The notes: generated by a model not told the origin, from the sequence alone. A DNA stretch of 64,000 nucleotides from an uncultured bacterium (GCA_964496365.1 CAZBZK010000001.1:18254-82253), one strand, 5' to 3'. Positions 1 to 9,458 are shown, counted from the stretch's first letter. Translations and numbers: made by a program.

Positions 1-1
1 A

Positions 2-403
2 TACAACAAAGGGGAGATCATTGCAGAACTTGACATAGACCCAAATCTTTGGTTTTTTAAATGCCATTTTTTAAATGACCCCGTCATGCCCGGATGTCTT
101 GGCCTTGATGGATTATGGCAATTGTTAGGGTTTTTCCTTTCGTGGAATGGTGGACGGGGAAGAGGAAGAGCTTTGGGTGTGAAGGCATTAAAACTTAAAG
201 GGCAAATTCGTCCGTACCACGATACCATTACTTATCAAATTGATGTCCGAAAATTTATTTCCCGATCTATGTTTATGGTGTGGGGTGACGCTGTGGTAAA
301 AGTCAATGATAAAGAAATTTATTTTGCAAATGACCTTCAAGTTGGTTTGTTCAAAACGTTGGTTTGGGATACCGGAATGGATCCAAATTTAGATCCTTTT
401 TAG
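2..403 (+). CDS. fabA: 3-hydroxyacyl-ACP dehydratase/isomerase FabA, C-terminal ~133 aa (5' end off-window)
   Basis: The frame is open from the window edge. Translation ...WFFKCHFLNDPVMPGCLGLDGLWQLLGFFLSWNGGRGRGRALG... matches the FabA hot-dog active-site block. The ORF track shows only the part from the internal Met at 86. Confidence 0.85.
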   Translation, partial: YNKGEIIAELDIDPNLWFFKCHFLNDPVMPGCLGLDGLWQLLGFFLSWNGGRGRGRALGVKALKLKGQIRPYHDTITYQIDVRKFISRSMFMVWGDAVVKVNDKEIYFANDLQVGLFKTLVWDTGMDPNLDPF

Positions 404-414
404 TAGAGAAAAAT

Positions 415-1509
415 TTGAAATGTGGAATTATTGGATTGCCTAACGTGGGCAAGTCCACCTTGTTCAATGCACTGACTTCGGCATCCATTCCTGCGGAAAA
501 TTATCCTTTCTGCACCATTGATCCTCATGTGGGTATTGTTCCCTTGCCTGATCCTAGGCTTAATCGTTTGGAAGAAATATTCAAACCTGATAAGGTGACT
601 CCAGCTGTTGTGGAGTTTACGGATATAGCTGGATTGGTAAAAGGAGCGAGTCAAGGCGAAGGATTGGGAAACCGATTTCTCGGTCAAATTCGTCAAGTGG
701 AAGCACTGGTGCATGTTGTACGGTGTTTTGAAGATAAAAACATCACTCATGTAGATGGCTCAATTAATCCTGTTCGAGATGCAGAAACCATTGAAACGGA
801 ATTATTGCTTGCAGATTTAGAAACCATTGAAAAAAGATATAAAAAAACTGAAAAATTGGTAAAGACTGGTGATAAAAATATCAAACGTGAGTTTGAGTTT
901 TTGAAAAAACTCAGGGACCATTGTAATGCAGGACTTATGGCTCGAACCATTTCAATAGATAAAAACGAACGGTACATTCTCCATGGGCTTCATTTACTAT
1001 CTGCTAAACCGATTTTATATGTTTCAAATGTAAATGAACAAGAAATAATGTCAGAAACCAGAAGCCCACTTGTTCAGCAATTATTTGATTTTGCTCAAAA
1101 GGAGAAAAACAAGTCTATTCGGATTTGTGGGCAATTAGAGCAGGAAATATCTTCGCTCCCTCCTGAAGAAAAACTGGAGTTTTTAAAAGAATATGGATTG
1201 AGTGAGGCAGGATTGGACAAAGTAGTTCATGCTTCTTTTGATTTATTGGGACTTCAAACCTATTTTACCGGTGGACCTAAAGAGGTACGGGCATGGACCA
1301 TCCCAAAGGGGATAACTGCACCGGAAGCGGCAGGGGTTATTCATTCAGATTTTCAGCGGGGTTTTATAAAAGCTGAAGTGTATAAATTCAATGACTTAAA
1401 TCGGTTCGGTTCAGAACAAGCTGTCAAAGATCAGGGATTAGCAAAAATGGAAGGAAAAGAATATATTGTAAAAGACGGGGATAGTGTTTATTTTCGGTTT
1501 AATGTTTAA
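415..1509 (+). CDS. ychF: Ribosome-binding ATPase YchF (Obg-like)
   Basis: G1 motif GLPNVGKSTLFNALT lies at the N-terminus, with the typical YchF C-terminal block (IHSDFQRGFIKAEV...EGKEYIVKDGD). The track start TTG 364 overlaps fabA. TTG 415 gives MKCGIIGLPNVGKS, the usual YchF N-terminus, so it is preferred, but the start is uncertain. Confidence 0.9.
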   Translation: MKCGIIGLPNVGKSTLFNALTSASIPAENYPFCTIDPHVGIVPLPDPRLNRLEEIFKPDKVTPAVVEFTDIAGLVKGASQGEGLGNRFLGQIRQVEALVHVVRCFEDKNITHVDGSINPVRDAETIETELLLADLETIEKRYKKTEKLVKTGDKNIKREFEFLKKLRDHCNAGLMARTISIDKNERYILHGLHLLSAKPILYVSNVNEQEIMSETRSPLVQQLFDFAQKEKNKSIRICGQLEQEISSLPPEEKLEFLKEYGLSEAGLDKVVHASFDLLGLQTYFTGGPKEVRAWTIPKGITAPEAAGVIHSDFQRGFIKAEVYKFNDLNRFGSEQAVKDQGLAKMEGKEYIVKDGDSVYFRFNV

Positions 1510-1687
1510 ATGTTAGCCCAGTTACTCCAGTTATCAGTTATTAACACTAATTGCACATAAAAATTATTCTCGGAGCATTATGAAGATAATAAAAAACTCA
1601 TTTTTTACTCCAAAACAAAACTATTTTCACATAGTATTTTTTGTGTATTTCCTGGCGAATAATATTGGATAGTTTGCTCTAAATAAA

Positions 1688-2671
1688 ATGACAATTGAAA
1701 CACCAAAAATAGGCGTCGTTGGGGCTGGGCACTTGGGTCAACATCACATAAAACATCTGTCCAAAATGAAAAATGTTCACTTTACAGGGGTCTATGATAC
1801 CAATCAGGAAGTAGGATTAAGCATTGCATCTAAATTTAATTCCTCATTGCATTCAAACTTAGAGTCACTCATTGATGAAAGCGATGGGCTGTCCATAGTA
1901 ACACCTACCGCAAACCACCATGATACTGCATTGAAGTGTATTCAAAAGGGGAAACATGTCTTCATTGAAAAACCAATTACAGATTCTGTTGAATCAGCCA
2001 ATATTCTTTTAAGTGAAGCAAAAAAATCAGGTGTATTCCTTCAGGTAGGACACATCGAAAGACTAAATCCTGCTCTATTGGCAGTTCAACATTACAAGTT
2101 AAATCCTAAATTTATAGAAATTCAAAGACTTGCCCCCTATACCATCAGAGGTACAGATGTCCCGGTTGTTTTAGATTTAATGATTCACGATATAGATATT
2201 CTACTGTATTTCGTAAATTCAAAAGTAAAAAACATTACCGCAACAGGACTGTCCATCATGACAAATTCAGTAGATATTGCAAATGCAAGAATCCGTTTTG
2301 AAAACGGGACGGTTGCGAATATCACTTCTTCCCGGATAGCCAAAGACAAGGTACGAAAAATTAAACTATTTCAAAAAAATATGTATGTCACCATTGATAT
2401 GCTTTTAAATCTCTCTGAAGTGTATAAAGTGGTCAAAGAAAACAAGTTAAATAGTGAGCACTCAGCCAGTTTAGATTATAAGGGAGTGCACCATGATATT
2501 ATTTATGAAAAACCACCCATCGTGTCAAATGACCCTTTAAAAATGGAATTGGAAAACTTTGCCGACTCTATTCGAGGTCACTCAACACCCATTGTCTCAG
2601 GGAAAACCGGACGGGATGTGCTGGCGGTAGTAGAACAGATTCACGATTTAATTTTGGAAGATTTACATTAG
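1688..2671 (+). CDS. Gfo/Idh/MocA-family NAD(P)-dependent oxidoreductase (possible GnnA-like UDP-GlcNAc 3-dehydrogenase; subtype not established)
   Basis: N-terminal Rossmann motif IGVVGAGHLGQHH and the EKP motif (VFIEKPI) are typical of the family. It sits at the head of the lipid A gene run. Confidence 0.75.
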   Translation: MTIETPKIGVVGAGHLGQHHIKHLSKMKNVHFTGVYDTNQEVGLSIASKFNSSLHSNLESLIDESDGLSIVTPTANHHDTALKCIQKGKHVFIEKPITDSVESANILLSEAKKSGVFLQVGHIERLNPALLAVQHYKLNPKFIEIQRLAPYTIRGTDVPVVLDLMIHDIDILLYFVNSKVKNITATGLSIMTNSVDIANARIRFENGTVANITSSRIAKDKVRKIKLFQKNMYVTIDMLLNLSEVYKVVKENKLNSEHSASLDYKGVHHDIIYEKPPIVSNDPLKMELENFADSIRGHSTPIVSGKTGRDVLAVVEQIHDLILEDLH

Positions 2672-2680
2672 GAAATAAAC

Positions 2681-3253
2681 TTGAATATTCAAAATTTCTT
2701 TTTCACATATAGAAGTTATACACCCATTCCAATTGCACTTGCAATCCTATATTTTGCTTCAGTTGACAATGCGGTTTTTTATCTGGGTTTTCCATTGCTT
2801 TTTCTGGGTGAAATTATCCGAATTTGGGCAGTGAGTTATGCAGGAGGTGCCACACGAACCACAGAAGTTGGTGCTCCGTTTTTATGTACTTCCGGACCTT
2901 ATGCGAGAGTAAGAAATCCTTTGTATATAGGAAACATGATTATTTACACCGCCTTTGCATTAATTGCAGGTGCGGAAATCCTGTGGGCAACGTTAGGAAT
3001 GACTTGGGCTTTTTTTTTAGTTCAGTATTTTCTCATTGTTTCCCTTGAGGAAAAAACATTGGAAACACTTTTTGGCAATACATATAATCTATATCGAAAA
3101 AATGTTCCCTCACTTCTCCCCAGAATTCGTCCATGGAAACCTGAACGTGTATTTTCTCCTTCTCCGCTTGGTGTAACGCTTAAAACAGAAAAACGTACCC
3201 TTCAAAATATAACCATTGTCCTTCTACTTTTGTTTTTAAGGTTTCAAATTTAA
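2681..3253 (+). CDS. ICMT/PEMT-family (Ste14-like) integral-membrane methyltransferase
   Basis: Multiple hydrophobic helices and the conserved block RVRNPLYIGNMIIYTAFAL...EEKTLE typical of isoprenylcysteine carboxyl / phospholipid methyltransferase-like enzymes. TTG start. Confidence 0.6.
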   Translation: MNIQNFFFTYRSYTPIPIALAILYFASVDNAVFYLGFPLLFLGEIIRIWAVSYAGGATRTTEVGAPFLCTSGPYARVRNPLYIGNMIIYTAFALIAGAEILWATLGMTWAFFLVQYFLIVSLEEKTLETLFGNTYNLYRKNVPSLLPRIRPWKPERVFSPSPLGVTLKTEKRTLQNITIVLLLLFLRFQI

Positions 3254-3262
3254 GCACATAAA

Positions 3263-4390
3263 GTGAAAAATAAACCGGCACTTACTTTTTTCGTGGTTGC
3301 AGGGGAAGAATCAGGGGACATTCACGGTGCAAAACTTATTCAGTCTTTGAAAACGATATATCCAAATAGCTCATTTGTCGGACATGGTGGAGATCGGATG
3401 AAAAACGAAGGAATGGACATTATAGAACATATAAATTCTCTTGCCATGATGGGGTTTACAGAGGTCGTTAAACATCTTCCTTATATGCTTAACGTAATGG
3501 GGAAAACCATCCAGGCCATTGAACAATTAAAACCGGACCGAATTATATTAATAGATTATCCAGGTTTTAATTTAAGGTTAGCAAAAAGACTTCGGTTTTT
3601 TCCTGTTCCTATTACTTATTTTATTCTTCCTCAGGTCTGGGCATGGAAAGAAAAACGAATTCAAATCCTCAAAAAATATGTAAATCAATGTCTGTGTATT
3701 TTCCCTTTTGAACAGAAATGGTTTGAAGACCGTGGCATTGTTTCCCAATATCCCGGACATCCATTTTCTGAACCCTTTATTCCGGAAGAAAATAGAACTC
3801 AGTTTTTTTCTCGTCACGGATTGGACGAAACCCTTCCTCTTGTGGTACTGCTTCCCGGTAGCAGACAGCAAGAAGTTGACAGACATTGGAACATTTTTTT
3901 AGCTACGGTTGACCAAATTAAAAAGCATATCCCGGAATCCCAATTTTGTGTGGCTAAAACAACACATGTGAATCTCAATCCACTACCGAATTATATTAAA
4001 GTTGAAAGTCATAAAACCCAATATGCAATTTTATATGCTGATTGTGCTTTGGCTTCTTCTGGAACAGCAACTTTGGAGTGTGCAGTCCGAGATACACCAG
4101 TGATTGTTTGTTATAAAATGTCTCTATTCTCTTGGATGATTTTAAAACGATTTGTTCATGTTCCTTTTGCTTCCATGGTAAATTTAATAGCAAATAAAAA
4201 AATTGTACCGGAGTTTTTGCAAACTGCCATGAATCCAAAATCATTATCTGAAGCAATTTTACCCCTAATCAAACCCACACCAGAAAGAAAAAAAATGCTT
4301 CAAAGTTTTGAAACCGTTAGAAGGAGTCTCGGTCTCCCAGGGGTTTATGATCGCTCAGCGAAAGCAATTATTAAGGAAACGATGTCTTGA
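3263..4390 (+). CDS. lpxB: Lipid-A-disaccharide synthase
   Basis: N-terminal FFVVAGEESGDIHGAKLI, 375 aa and overall GT19-like pattern (LLPGSR...SGTATLE). GTG start. Confidence 0.9.
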   Translation: MKNKPALTFFVVAGEESGDIHGAKLIQSLKTIYPNSSFVGHGGDRMKNEGMDIIEHINSLAMMGFTEVVKHLPYMLNVMGKTIQAIEQLKPDRIILIDYPGFNLRLAKRLRFFPVPITYFILPQVWAWKEKRIQILKKYVNQCLCIFPFEQKWFEDRGIVSQYPGHPFSEPFIPEENRTQFFSRHGLDETLPLVVLLPGSRQQEVDRHWNIFLATVDQIKKHIPESQFCVAKTTHVNLNPLPNYIKVESHKTQYAILYADCALASSGTATLECAVRDTPVIVCYKMSLFSWMILKRFVHVPFASMVNLIANKKIVPEFLQTAMNPKSLSEAILPLIKPTPERKKMLQSFETVRRSLGLPGVYDRSAKAIIKETMS

Positions 4391-5031
4391 AGTCTGAAAC
4401 CAAAATGAAATGGAAAGCGTGGTGTAGTAAGTATTTATTAAAATTTTTATATGGTTCATGTAAATGGAGCGTGAAAGGACGACATCAAATTGAAGAATTG
4501 TCTTTATCAGGAAAATCGGTGATTGTTGCCATTTGGCATGGAAAGGTCTTGCCTGTTTTTATGGATTTAGCTTCATACCATTATTATGCCTTAGCTGGTA
4601 TGCACAAAGATGCAGAGCTCATTGCTCAAATTGGACAACAAGTAGGATGGAGGCTGCTGCGAGGTTCAAGTTCAGACAGGGGTAAGGAAGTCTTTAAAGA
4701 AATAATATCCGTGTTATCTACACCGGGAGAGGTAGTCGCCATGACTCCTGATGGACCCAAAGGTCCAGCTAAAATTCCAAAAGCTGGTGTCATTCGTGCT
4801 GCTCAAAAAACCGGGGCTGTAATCATACCTGCAATAGGACAAGCAAAAAATCGATGGGGATTCATAAACTGGGATACCTTTTATGTAGCAAAACCATTTT
4901 CCAAAATTGTCCTTCATTATGGAACACCCATCGTTTTTAATAAAAAGGATGATTTCCTGAAATGCGTAGAAAATCTAACCAACGCCTTAAATCAATTAGA
5001 AACACAAGTTGACGCAGATCTCGAAGATTAA
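4387..5031 (+). CDS. DUF374-family protein (acyltransferase-like domain commonly associated with Kdo transferase/lpxK)
   Basis: Motifs AIWHGKVLP and MTPDGPKGP are typical of DUF374. It overlaps the lpxB stop by 4 nt (coupled). The start could instead be ATG 4405. Confidence 0.6.
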   Translation: MKSETKMKWKAWCSKYLLKFLYGSCKWSVKGRHQIEELSLSGKSVIVAIWHGKVLPVFMDLASYHYYALAGMHKDAELIAQIGQQVGWRLLRGSSSDRGKEVFKEIISVLSTPGEVVAMTPDGPKGPAKIPKAGVIRAAQKTGAVIIPAIGQAKNRWGFINWDTFYVAKPFSKIVLHYGTPIVFNKKDDFLKCVENLTNALNQLETQVDADLED

Positions 5032-5037
5032 TTTCCT

Positions 5038-6075
5038 GTGAATTTAGCCGTACGATATTTGTTATTACCAGTTGGTTTCCTTTATCGGATTATTATTTGG
5101 CTTCGGAATTTCTGTTACGAAAAAAACGTTTTTCGTTCACAAAAACTTCCTTGTAAAGTGATTAGTATCGGTAATATATCTTTAGGTGGAACCGGGAAAA
5201 CCCCTGCTGTCATTTCATTAACAAATCATTTCCAAAAACAAAATATTTCTGTAGCTGTTTTGAGCCGGGGATACGGTAGAAAAACAAAAAATACTGTTTT
5301 AGTTTCTGATGGAAAAAAAACACTATCAGATTGGTTATTGGTTGGAGATGAAGCTCTGCTTTTGGCAAACAATCTTAAATCCGTTCCAATCGTGGTGGAC
5401 GAAAACAGAGTAAGAGGTGGTCAATTTATCGTGAATAAATTTAATCCGGACATTATTATTTTGGATGATGGTTTTCAACACCGCAAGATTCAACGTGATG
5501 TAGATATTGTACTTTTGAATTGTCTGGATTCTTCTAAAGATTACCGTTTAATACCATTGGGAAAATTAAGGGAACCTCTCGCCCAATTAAAAAGGGCAGA
5601 TATTATTTTGTGGAGTAAATCCAATTTGGAACATGCACACAAAATCTCCATTCAACCGTTTACAAATGCACCGGTTTATGAATCCTCTCTTCATACAAAT
5701 TCTCATGTTTGGAGCAGAAAAAAAAATAAAATACCCGTTCATTATTTAATGGGAAAGTCATGTGTACTTGTTACCGGCGTTGGAAACCCCGAAAGTGTTA
5801 TTAAAATTGCAAAAAACATAGGGATAGATGTTCGCCTTCATCTCCAGTATAAGGATCATCACGACTATTCTCCGGAAGACTTATCTCAAATTCAAAACTC
5901 AACGAAAGATTCTACCAGTGATTTTGTTTTAACTACCGAAAAAGATAGAGTGAAACTTATGCCTATCATCTCTTCAAACCCCAGGGTTCACTTTGAATGT
6001 GAATTAATCAGCCTTTCGGTTGAATTTAGGTTTTCTAACGAATCGTTAAAAGAGATTGAAAATTGTTTGTTTTAA
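5038..6075 (+). CDS. lpxK: Tetraacyldisaccharide 4'-kinase
   Basis: P-loop GNISLGGTGKTP and the ILDDGFQH motif. 345 aa. Confidence 0.9.
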   Translation: MNLAVRYLLLPVGFLYRIIIWLRNFCYEKNVFRSQKLPCKVISIGNISLGGTGKTPAVISLTNHFQKQNISVAVLSRGYGRKTKNTVLVSDGKKTLSDWLLVGDEALLLANNLKSVPIVVDENRVRGGQFIVNKFNPDIIILDDGFQHRKIQRDVDIVLLNCLDSSKDYRLIPLGKLREPLAQLKRADIILWSKSNLEHAHKISIQPFTNAPVYESSLHTNSHVWSRKKNKIPVHYLMGKSCVLVTGVGNPESVIKIAKNIGIDVRLHLQYKDHHDYSPEDLSQIQNSTKDSTSDFVLTTEKDRVKLMPIISSNPRVHFECELISLSVEFRFSNESLKEIENCLF

Positions 6076-6223
6076 ATTCCGAACTCCTTTTGTAATATGG
6101 TATGTCCCTTAACAAAAAGTTATTAAACTTCTTCACCAAAAGTTAAACTTTTTTAATTGATGAAATTCTCTTAATTTTCGGGGAACTAATTTTTGAATCT
6201 CTAAACAAGAGGAGAGGAGCATC

Positions 6224-6622
6224 ATGCAAAAAGGAAGTGTAAATAAAGCCATCATCGTTGGACATATCGGTGCCAACCCTGAAACAAAATTCACACCGTC
6301 GGGAACTGCCGTCGCAAATCTCAATATTGCCACAAACGAAACTCGTAAAAACTCAGAAGGTGAATATCAAGACCACACCAACTGGCATCGTTGTGTTTTG
6401 TTTGGAAAACAGGCAGAATTTGCCGGAGAATATTTGAAAAAAGGGCAACTGGTTTCTCTTGAAGGACGAATCCAAACCCGTTCTTGGGAAGATGATGGCG
6501 GTAATAAAAAATACATCACTGAAATCATCGGAAATGAAATCACCATGTTGGGTAAAAGGACAGAAAAGGGTGGTGATTCACAAGAAGCGGATCAAGGATC
6601 CGATGACGACCTTCCTTTTTAA
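6224..6622 (+). CDS. ssb: Single-stranded DNA-binding protein
   Basis: OB-fold N-terminus NKAIIVGHIGANPETKFTPSGTAVANLNIATNE, an acidic C-terminal tip DDDLPF, and a strong SD (GAGGAGAGGAG) upstream. Confidence 0.95.
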   Translation: MQKGSVNKAIIVGHIGANPETKFTPSGTAVANLNIATNETRKNSEGEYQDHTNWHRCVLFGKQAEFAGEYLKKGQLVSLEGRIQTRSWEDDGGNKKYITEIIGNEITMLGKRTEKGGDSQEADQGSDDDLPF

Positions 6623-6757
6623 CTAAACAGTGGAGGTTTGAGAAACAAGCTTTCTTAAATCTTTTTCTAATCGAACACCTATTCAGAAATAGATACTCGA
6701 CAAAAACATAAGTCTCTGAACAGCTATTCACCTAGACCTAAATGGATTCGCTATCTT

Positions 6758-7420
6758 TTGGGTTATTTTGCTCTATTCCTTTGCTCTTTGGGGGGGAGGG
6801 TTAAGGTGTTTGGACGCCACCATGTCCCTGAAAAAGGTCCGTACGTTATCGTTATCAATCATTTTAGTTACGTAGATCCTCCTTTTGTAATTCATGCCAT
6901 TCAAAAACCCATAAGCTTTTTAGCTGCCAGCGACCAAGTTATTGAGCCCCTGTATATTTGGGCACCGTTCATATATGGGTTCATTCCCACAGATCGTACC
7001 CGATTGGCACCTTCCACTATTAAAAAATCAATCCGATCCATTAGCAATGGTGAAATAATTGGAATCTTCCCGGAAGGCACCTCTTTATCCAGAGTATTGA
7101 GACCTGCAAAAAACGGAGCTGCCTTTCTATCAACAACAGGAAATGTGAAAATATTACCCGTTGGAATTGTGGGATTAGAGGATGCCCTTGAGGGGTTTTT
7201 TAAAGGAATTCGTCCGTCGGTTCACATTCGAATAGGAAAACCATTCGGTCCTTATTCTGTGTCCAAATCAAAAAGAGAAAGGGAACAAGATTTATTAAAA
7301 ATTGGTCATAAAATAATGTGTAGAATCGCCGCCCTGCTTCCGGATGACAGACATGGTGTTTTTTCGGGGGAGTCCATGATCAATCACTTTCGGAGACAAA
7401 ATCGTTTGCCTGATTTTTAA
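6758..7420 (+). CDS. plsC: 1-acyl-sn-glycerol-3-phosphate acyltransferase-like (LPLAT family)
   Basis: HX4D motif (NHFSYVDP) and the FPEGT motif. TTG start. The exact substrate is unknown. Confidence 0.7.
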   Translation: MGYFALFLCSLGGRVKVFGRHHVPEKGPYVIVINHFSYVDPPFVIHAIQKPISFLAASDQVIEPLYIWAPFIYGFIPTDRTRLAPSTIKKSIRSISNGEIIGIFPEGTSLSRVLRPAKNGAAFLSTTGNVKILPVGIVGLEDALEGFFKGIRPSVHIRIGKPFGPYSVSKSKREREQDLLKIGHKIMCRIAALLPDDRHGVFSGESMINHFRRQNRLPDF

Positions 7421-8270
7421 TGCCCAATATAAACAATCCTGTCAAAGTAAACACACCTCCAATTAATGTGTTGGAATGTGGTTGTTCCCCAAAAACATAA
7501 AATGCGGCTATAGATGCTATAAGGGGTTCACCTAATGGAACCGAAATAATGATGGATGGTGAAAAATATTTTATAAAATAATTAAATATTACGTGTCCAA
7601 AAATGGAGGGAAAAACGCCTAAAAGGAAAAAGAATAAAAAGTCCATCTTTGAAAAATGAAAGATTGATTCTGAATCAAATAGCGACAGGCCACCTAATGT
7701 TAGTGCCGCCCACATAAACAGGTGTCGGCAGTAAGTAACAGTGTTTGTAGATTGTCTTACTTTTTCTGCAATTAAAAAAACAAGAGCGATACAGAGCGAT
7801 CCGGCTAATGCGTAAAAATTTCCTTTTGACTCTCCTGAGCTAAAATCAATTGTAAAATCCTGAACCACCAACACTCCCAAAAAAGCAAGCATAATAGCAA
7901 ATATTGTGATGAAAGGAAATCGTCTTTTCAATATAAATATTTCTATGATGAGTGTAAAAAGAGGTGCAGTGGTTCCTAATAAAGTAGCGTTGGAAATTTT
8001 AGTGAGTTTAACAGCGGAAAAAAACAATCCAAAATGAAATCCGAGAAAAATACCCGCAACCATCACAGACAATTTCCAAGACGGTTTTAAATTCCCTTGT
8101 TTTTTGAACCCGCTATATAACCACAATAAAAGTGATGCCAATCCCATTCGCCAAAATGCAATGACGTTTGCAGAGTGATCAGAAAGAAATCTTACAATAA
8201 TTGAGGAAGAACTAACAGATAATAAGGCGACCACTAACCAAAGCAGGTGTGGTTTCTTTATTTCATTCAA
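7380..8270 (-). CDS. EamA/DMT-family transporter
   Basis: 296 aa, about 10 hydrophobic helices arranged as two EamA-like halves. The 3' end overlaps the plsC-like gene convergently by 41 nt. Confidence 0.7.
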   Translation of the reverse strand: MNEIKKPHLLWLVVALLSVSSSSIIVRFLSDHSANVIAFWRMGLASLLLWLYSGFKKQGNLKPSWKLSVMVAGIFLGFHFGLFFSAVKLTKISNATLLGTTAPLFTLIIEIFILKRRFPFITIFAIMLAFLGVLVVQDFTIDFSSGESKGNFYALAGSLCIALVFLIAEKVRQSTNTVTYCRHLFMWAALTLGGLSLFDSESIFHFSKMDFLFFFLLGVFPSIFGHVIFNYFIKYFSPSIIISVPLGEPLIASIAAFYVFGEQPHSNTLIGGVFTLTGLFILGIKNQANDFVSESD

Positions 8271-8327
8271 ATGAAAGGAATTGAAATCAGCAGGTTTTGA
8301 AAAAAATAGGAGTCCCCATTTTTCTAC

Positions 8328-9458
8328 TTAAAACTTATAATAAAAAGCGATAAGAGGTCTTTGAAAATGAATTCCAATTCTGAAGTTTTCACTGTATGCG
8401 TAAATAAAACCAAAATCAAAATCTACATCTGAAATGTTATCTTCTTCTGTAAATTCAAGAAGGGAAGTCCAATATGGATCCCAAAAAACTTCAAAAATCA
8501 ATTTAAGGCTTCTCCTGGCATCAGCACTTACCGCATAATATGCCCGGGGCATTGCGTCATAACCGGGATAAGAGGTTACGGTGGCACCAAGCGTGTGGTT
8601 AATTCTGCCCTGTCCGGATTTTTTTAAATTGGAGATGGTATAGGCTGCAAATAATTCATACCACATTTGTTCATCTTCTTCACAATCTGTAAATGCTTCC
8701 TCAACAAAATTGCAACTTTCACCTACTCGTACCCAGTTTTTTCTCATGTGAGTTTCTTCTTCTCCTGTTTCATGATTTATTCCATCCTCTTTAGTTTCCT
8801 CCAACTCATATTTATTTGGAAATCCTCTTAAATGAAAATGACCGCCTATTGAAAATGCCTGTTCAGATTTAACATTTCCTTTTTTAAATACCATATATTT
8901 TGGTCGAAAATTCAGATCGCCAAAAAAATATCCTCCCCATTTGGACATGATTTGAAACTTATCTGTAAGTCCATATCCCCAGGAAAGCCCACTTAAATAT
9001 AATACATTTTCTCCTAACGTATATCCAGTGGGATCAAAATAGATGTCATTCAATTTTTCATCTCCATAATACCACCGTCCGGATTCATCTTGTCCCGGTC
9101 TTTTTATTTCTCCGGAGGCTTCAACCAGACGATTTACAAATTCTACCCGATCCACTTTGTTTCTTTCTATAAACAGCTCTCCAAATTGAGAATTTATTTT
9201 AAATCCCTCGGTGCTTTCCGAAATTAATGTTCCCTTTACCTTGTCTCCTGATCCAAGATAAATAACGATTTCATCCGGTCTAATATCTTCTTTGTTAATG
9301 GTTACTGAACCAAATGCTGTTTCAATTGTATAGGTTAATTCCGTTTCTTTTGTAACAACCCCTGATACCTTATCTCCACTTTTTAGATAAAACTCTTTGG
9401 TGTCCTGTGCAACCAACGACAGACTCATTATGAAGATAAAAACTATGTTTTTAAACAT
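8328..9458 (-). CDS. Hypothetical secreted/outer-membrane protein with duplicated N-terminal motif
   Basis: Signal peptide (MFKNIVFIFIMSLSLVAQ). Two ~35-aa repeats (SGDKVSGVVTKE...INKEDI / SGDKVKGTLISE...IERNKVDRV). Aromatic-rich C-terminal half ending ...FYYKF, a C-terminal Phe typical of beta-barrel OMPs. Confidence 0.4.
   Translation of the reverse strand: MFKNIVFIFIMSLSLVAQDTKEFYLKSGDKVSGVVTKETELTYTIETAFGSVTINKEDIRPDEIVIYLGSGDKVKGTLISESTEGFKINSQFGELFIERNKVDRVEFVNRLVEASGEIKRPGQDESGRWYYGDEKLNDIYFDPTGYTLGENVLYLSGLSWGYGLTDKFQIMSKWGGYFFGDLNFRPKYMVFKKGNVKSEQAFSIGGHFHLRGFPNKYELEETKEDGINHETGEEETHMRKNWVRVGESCNFVEEAFTDCEEDEQMWYELFAAYTISNLKKSGQGRINHTLGATVTSYPGYDAMPRAYYAVSADARRSLKLIFEVFWDPYWTSLLEFTEEDNISDVDFDFGFIYAYSENFRIGIHFQRPLIAFYYKF

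Noticed and set aside
364-414. Upstream alternative starts from the ORF track: ychF at 364, surA at 48160, dnaN at 49728
   Set aside because: Each adds residues that overlap the upstream gene or the non-coding origin region and precede the canonical family N-terminus. Downstream starts at 415, 48193 and 49773 fit the family consensus.
400-977. Minus-strand ORFs 400-750 and 747-977 inside ychF. The same class includes 3578-3886, 3996-4256, 4714-4917, 10517-10735, 12474-12734, 13622-13822, 20303-20506, 21856-22353, 29466-30063, 41360-41764, 42362-43034, 45480-46244, 46556-46891, 52638-53699, 53967-54977, 56960-57328 and 61098-62409.
   Set aside because: They lie antisense to, or out of frame within, long ORFs with unmistakable conserved-family motifs. 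Their translations are low-complexity with no recognisable domain. They are shadow ORFs.
7380-7420. 41-nt convergent overlap of the plsC-like and EamA genes as a regulatory antisense arrangement
   Set aside because: Tail-to-tail overlaps are common in compact genomes. Either C-terminus may simply be poorly conserved extension, and no further signal was seen.
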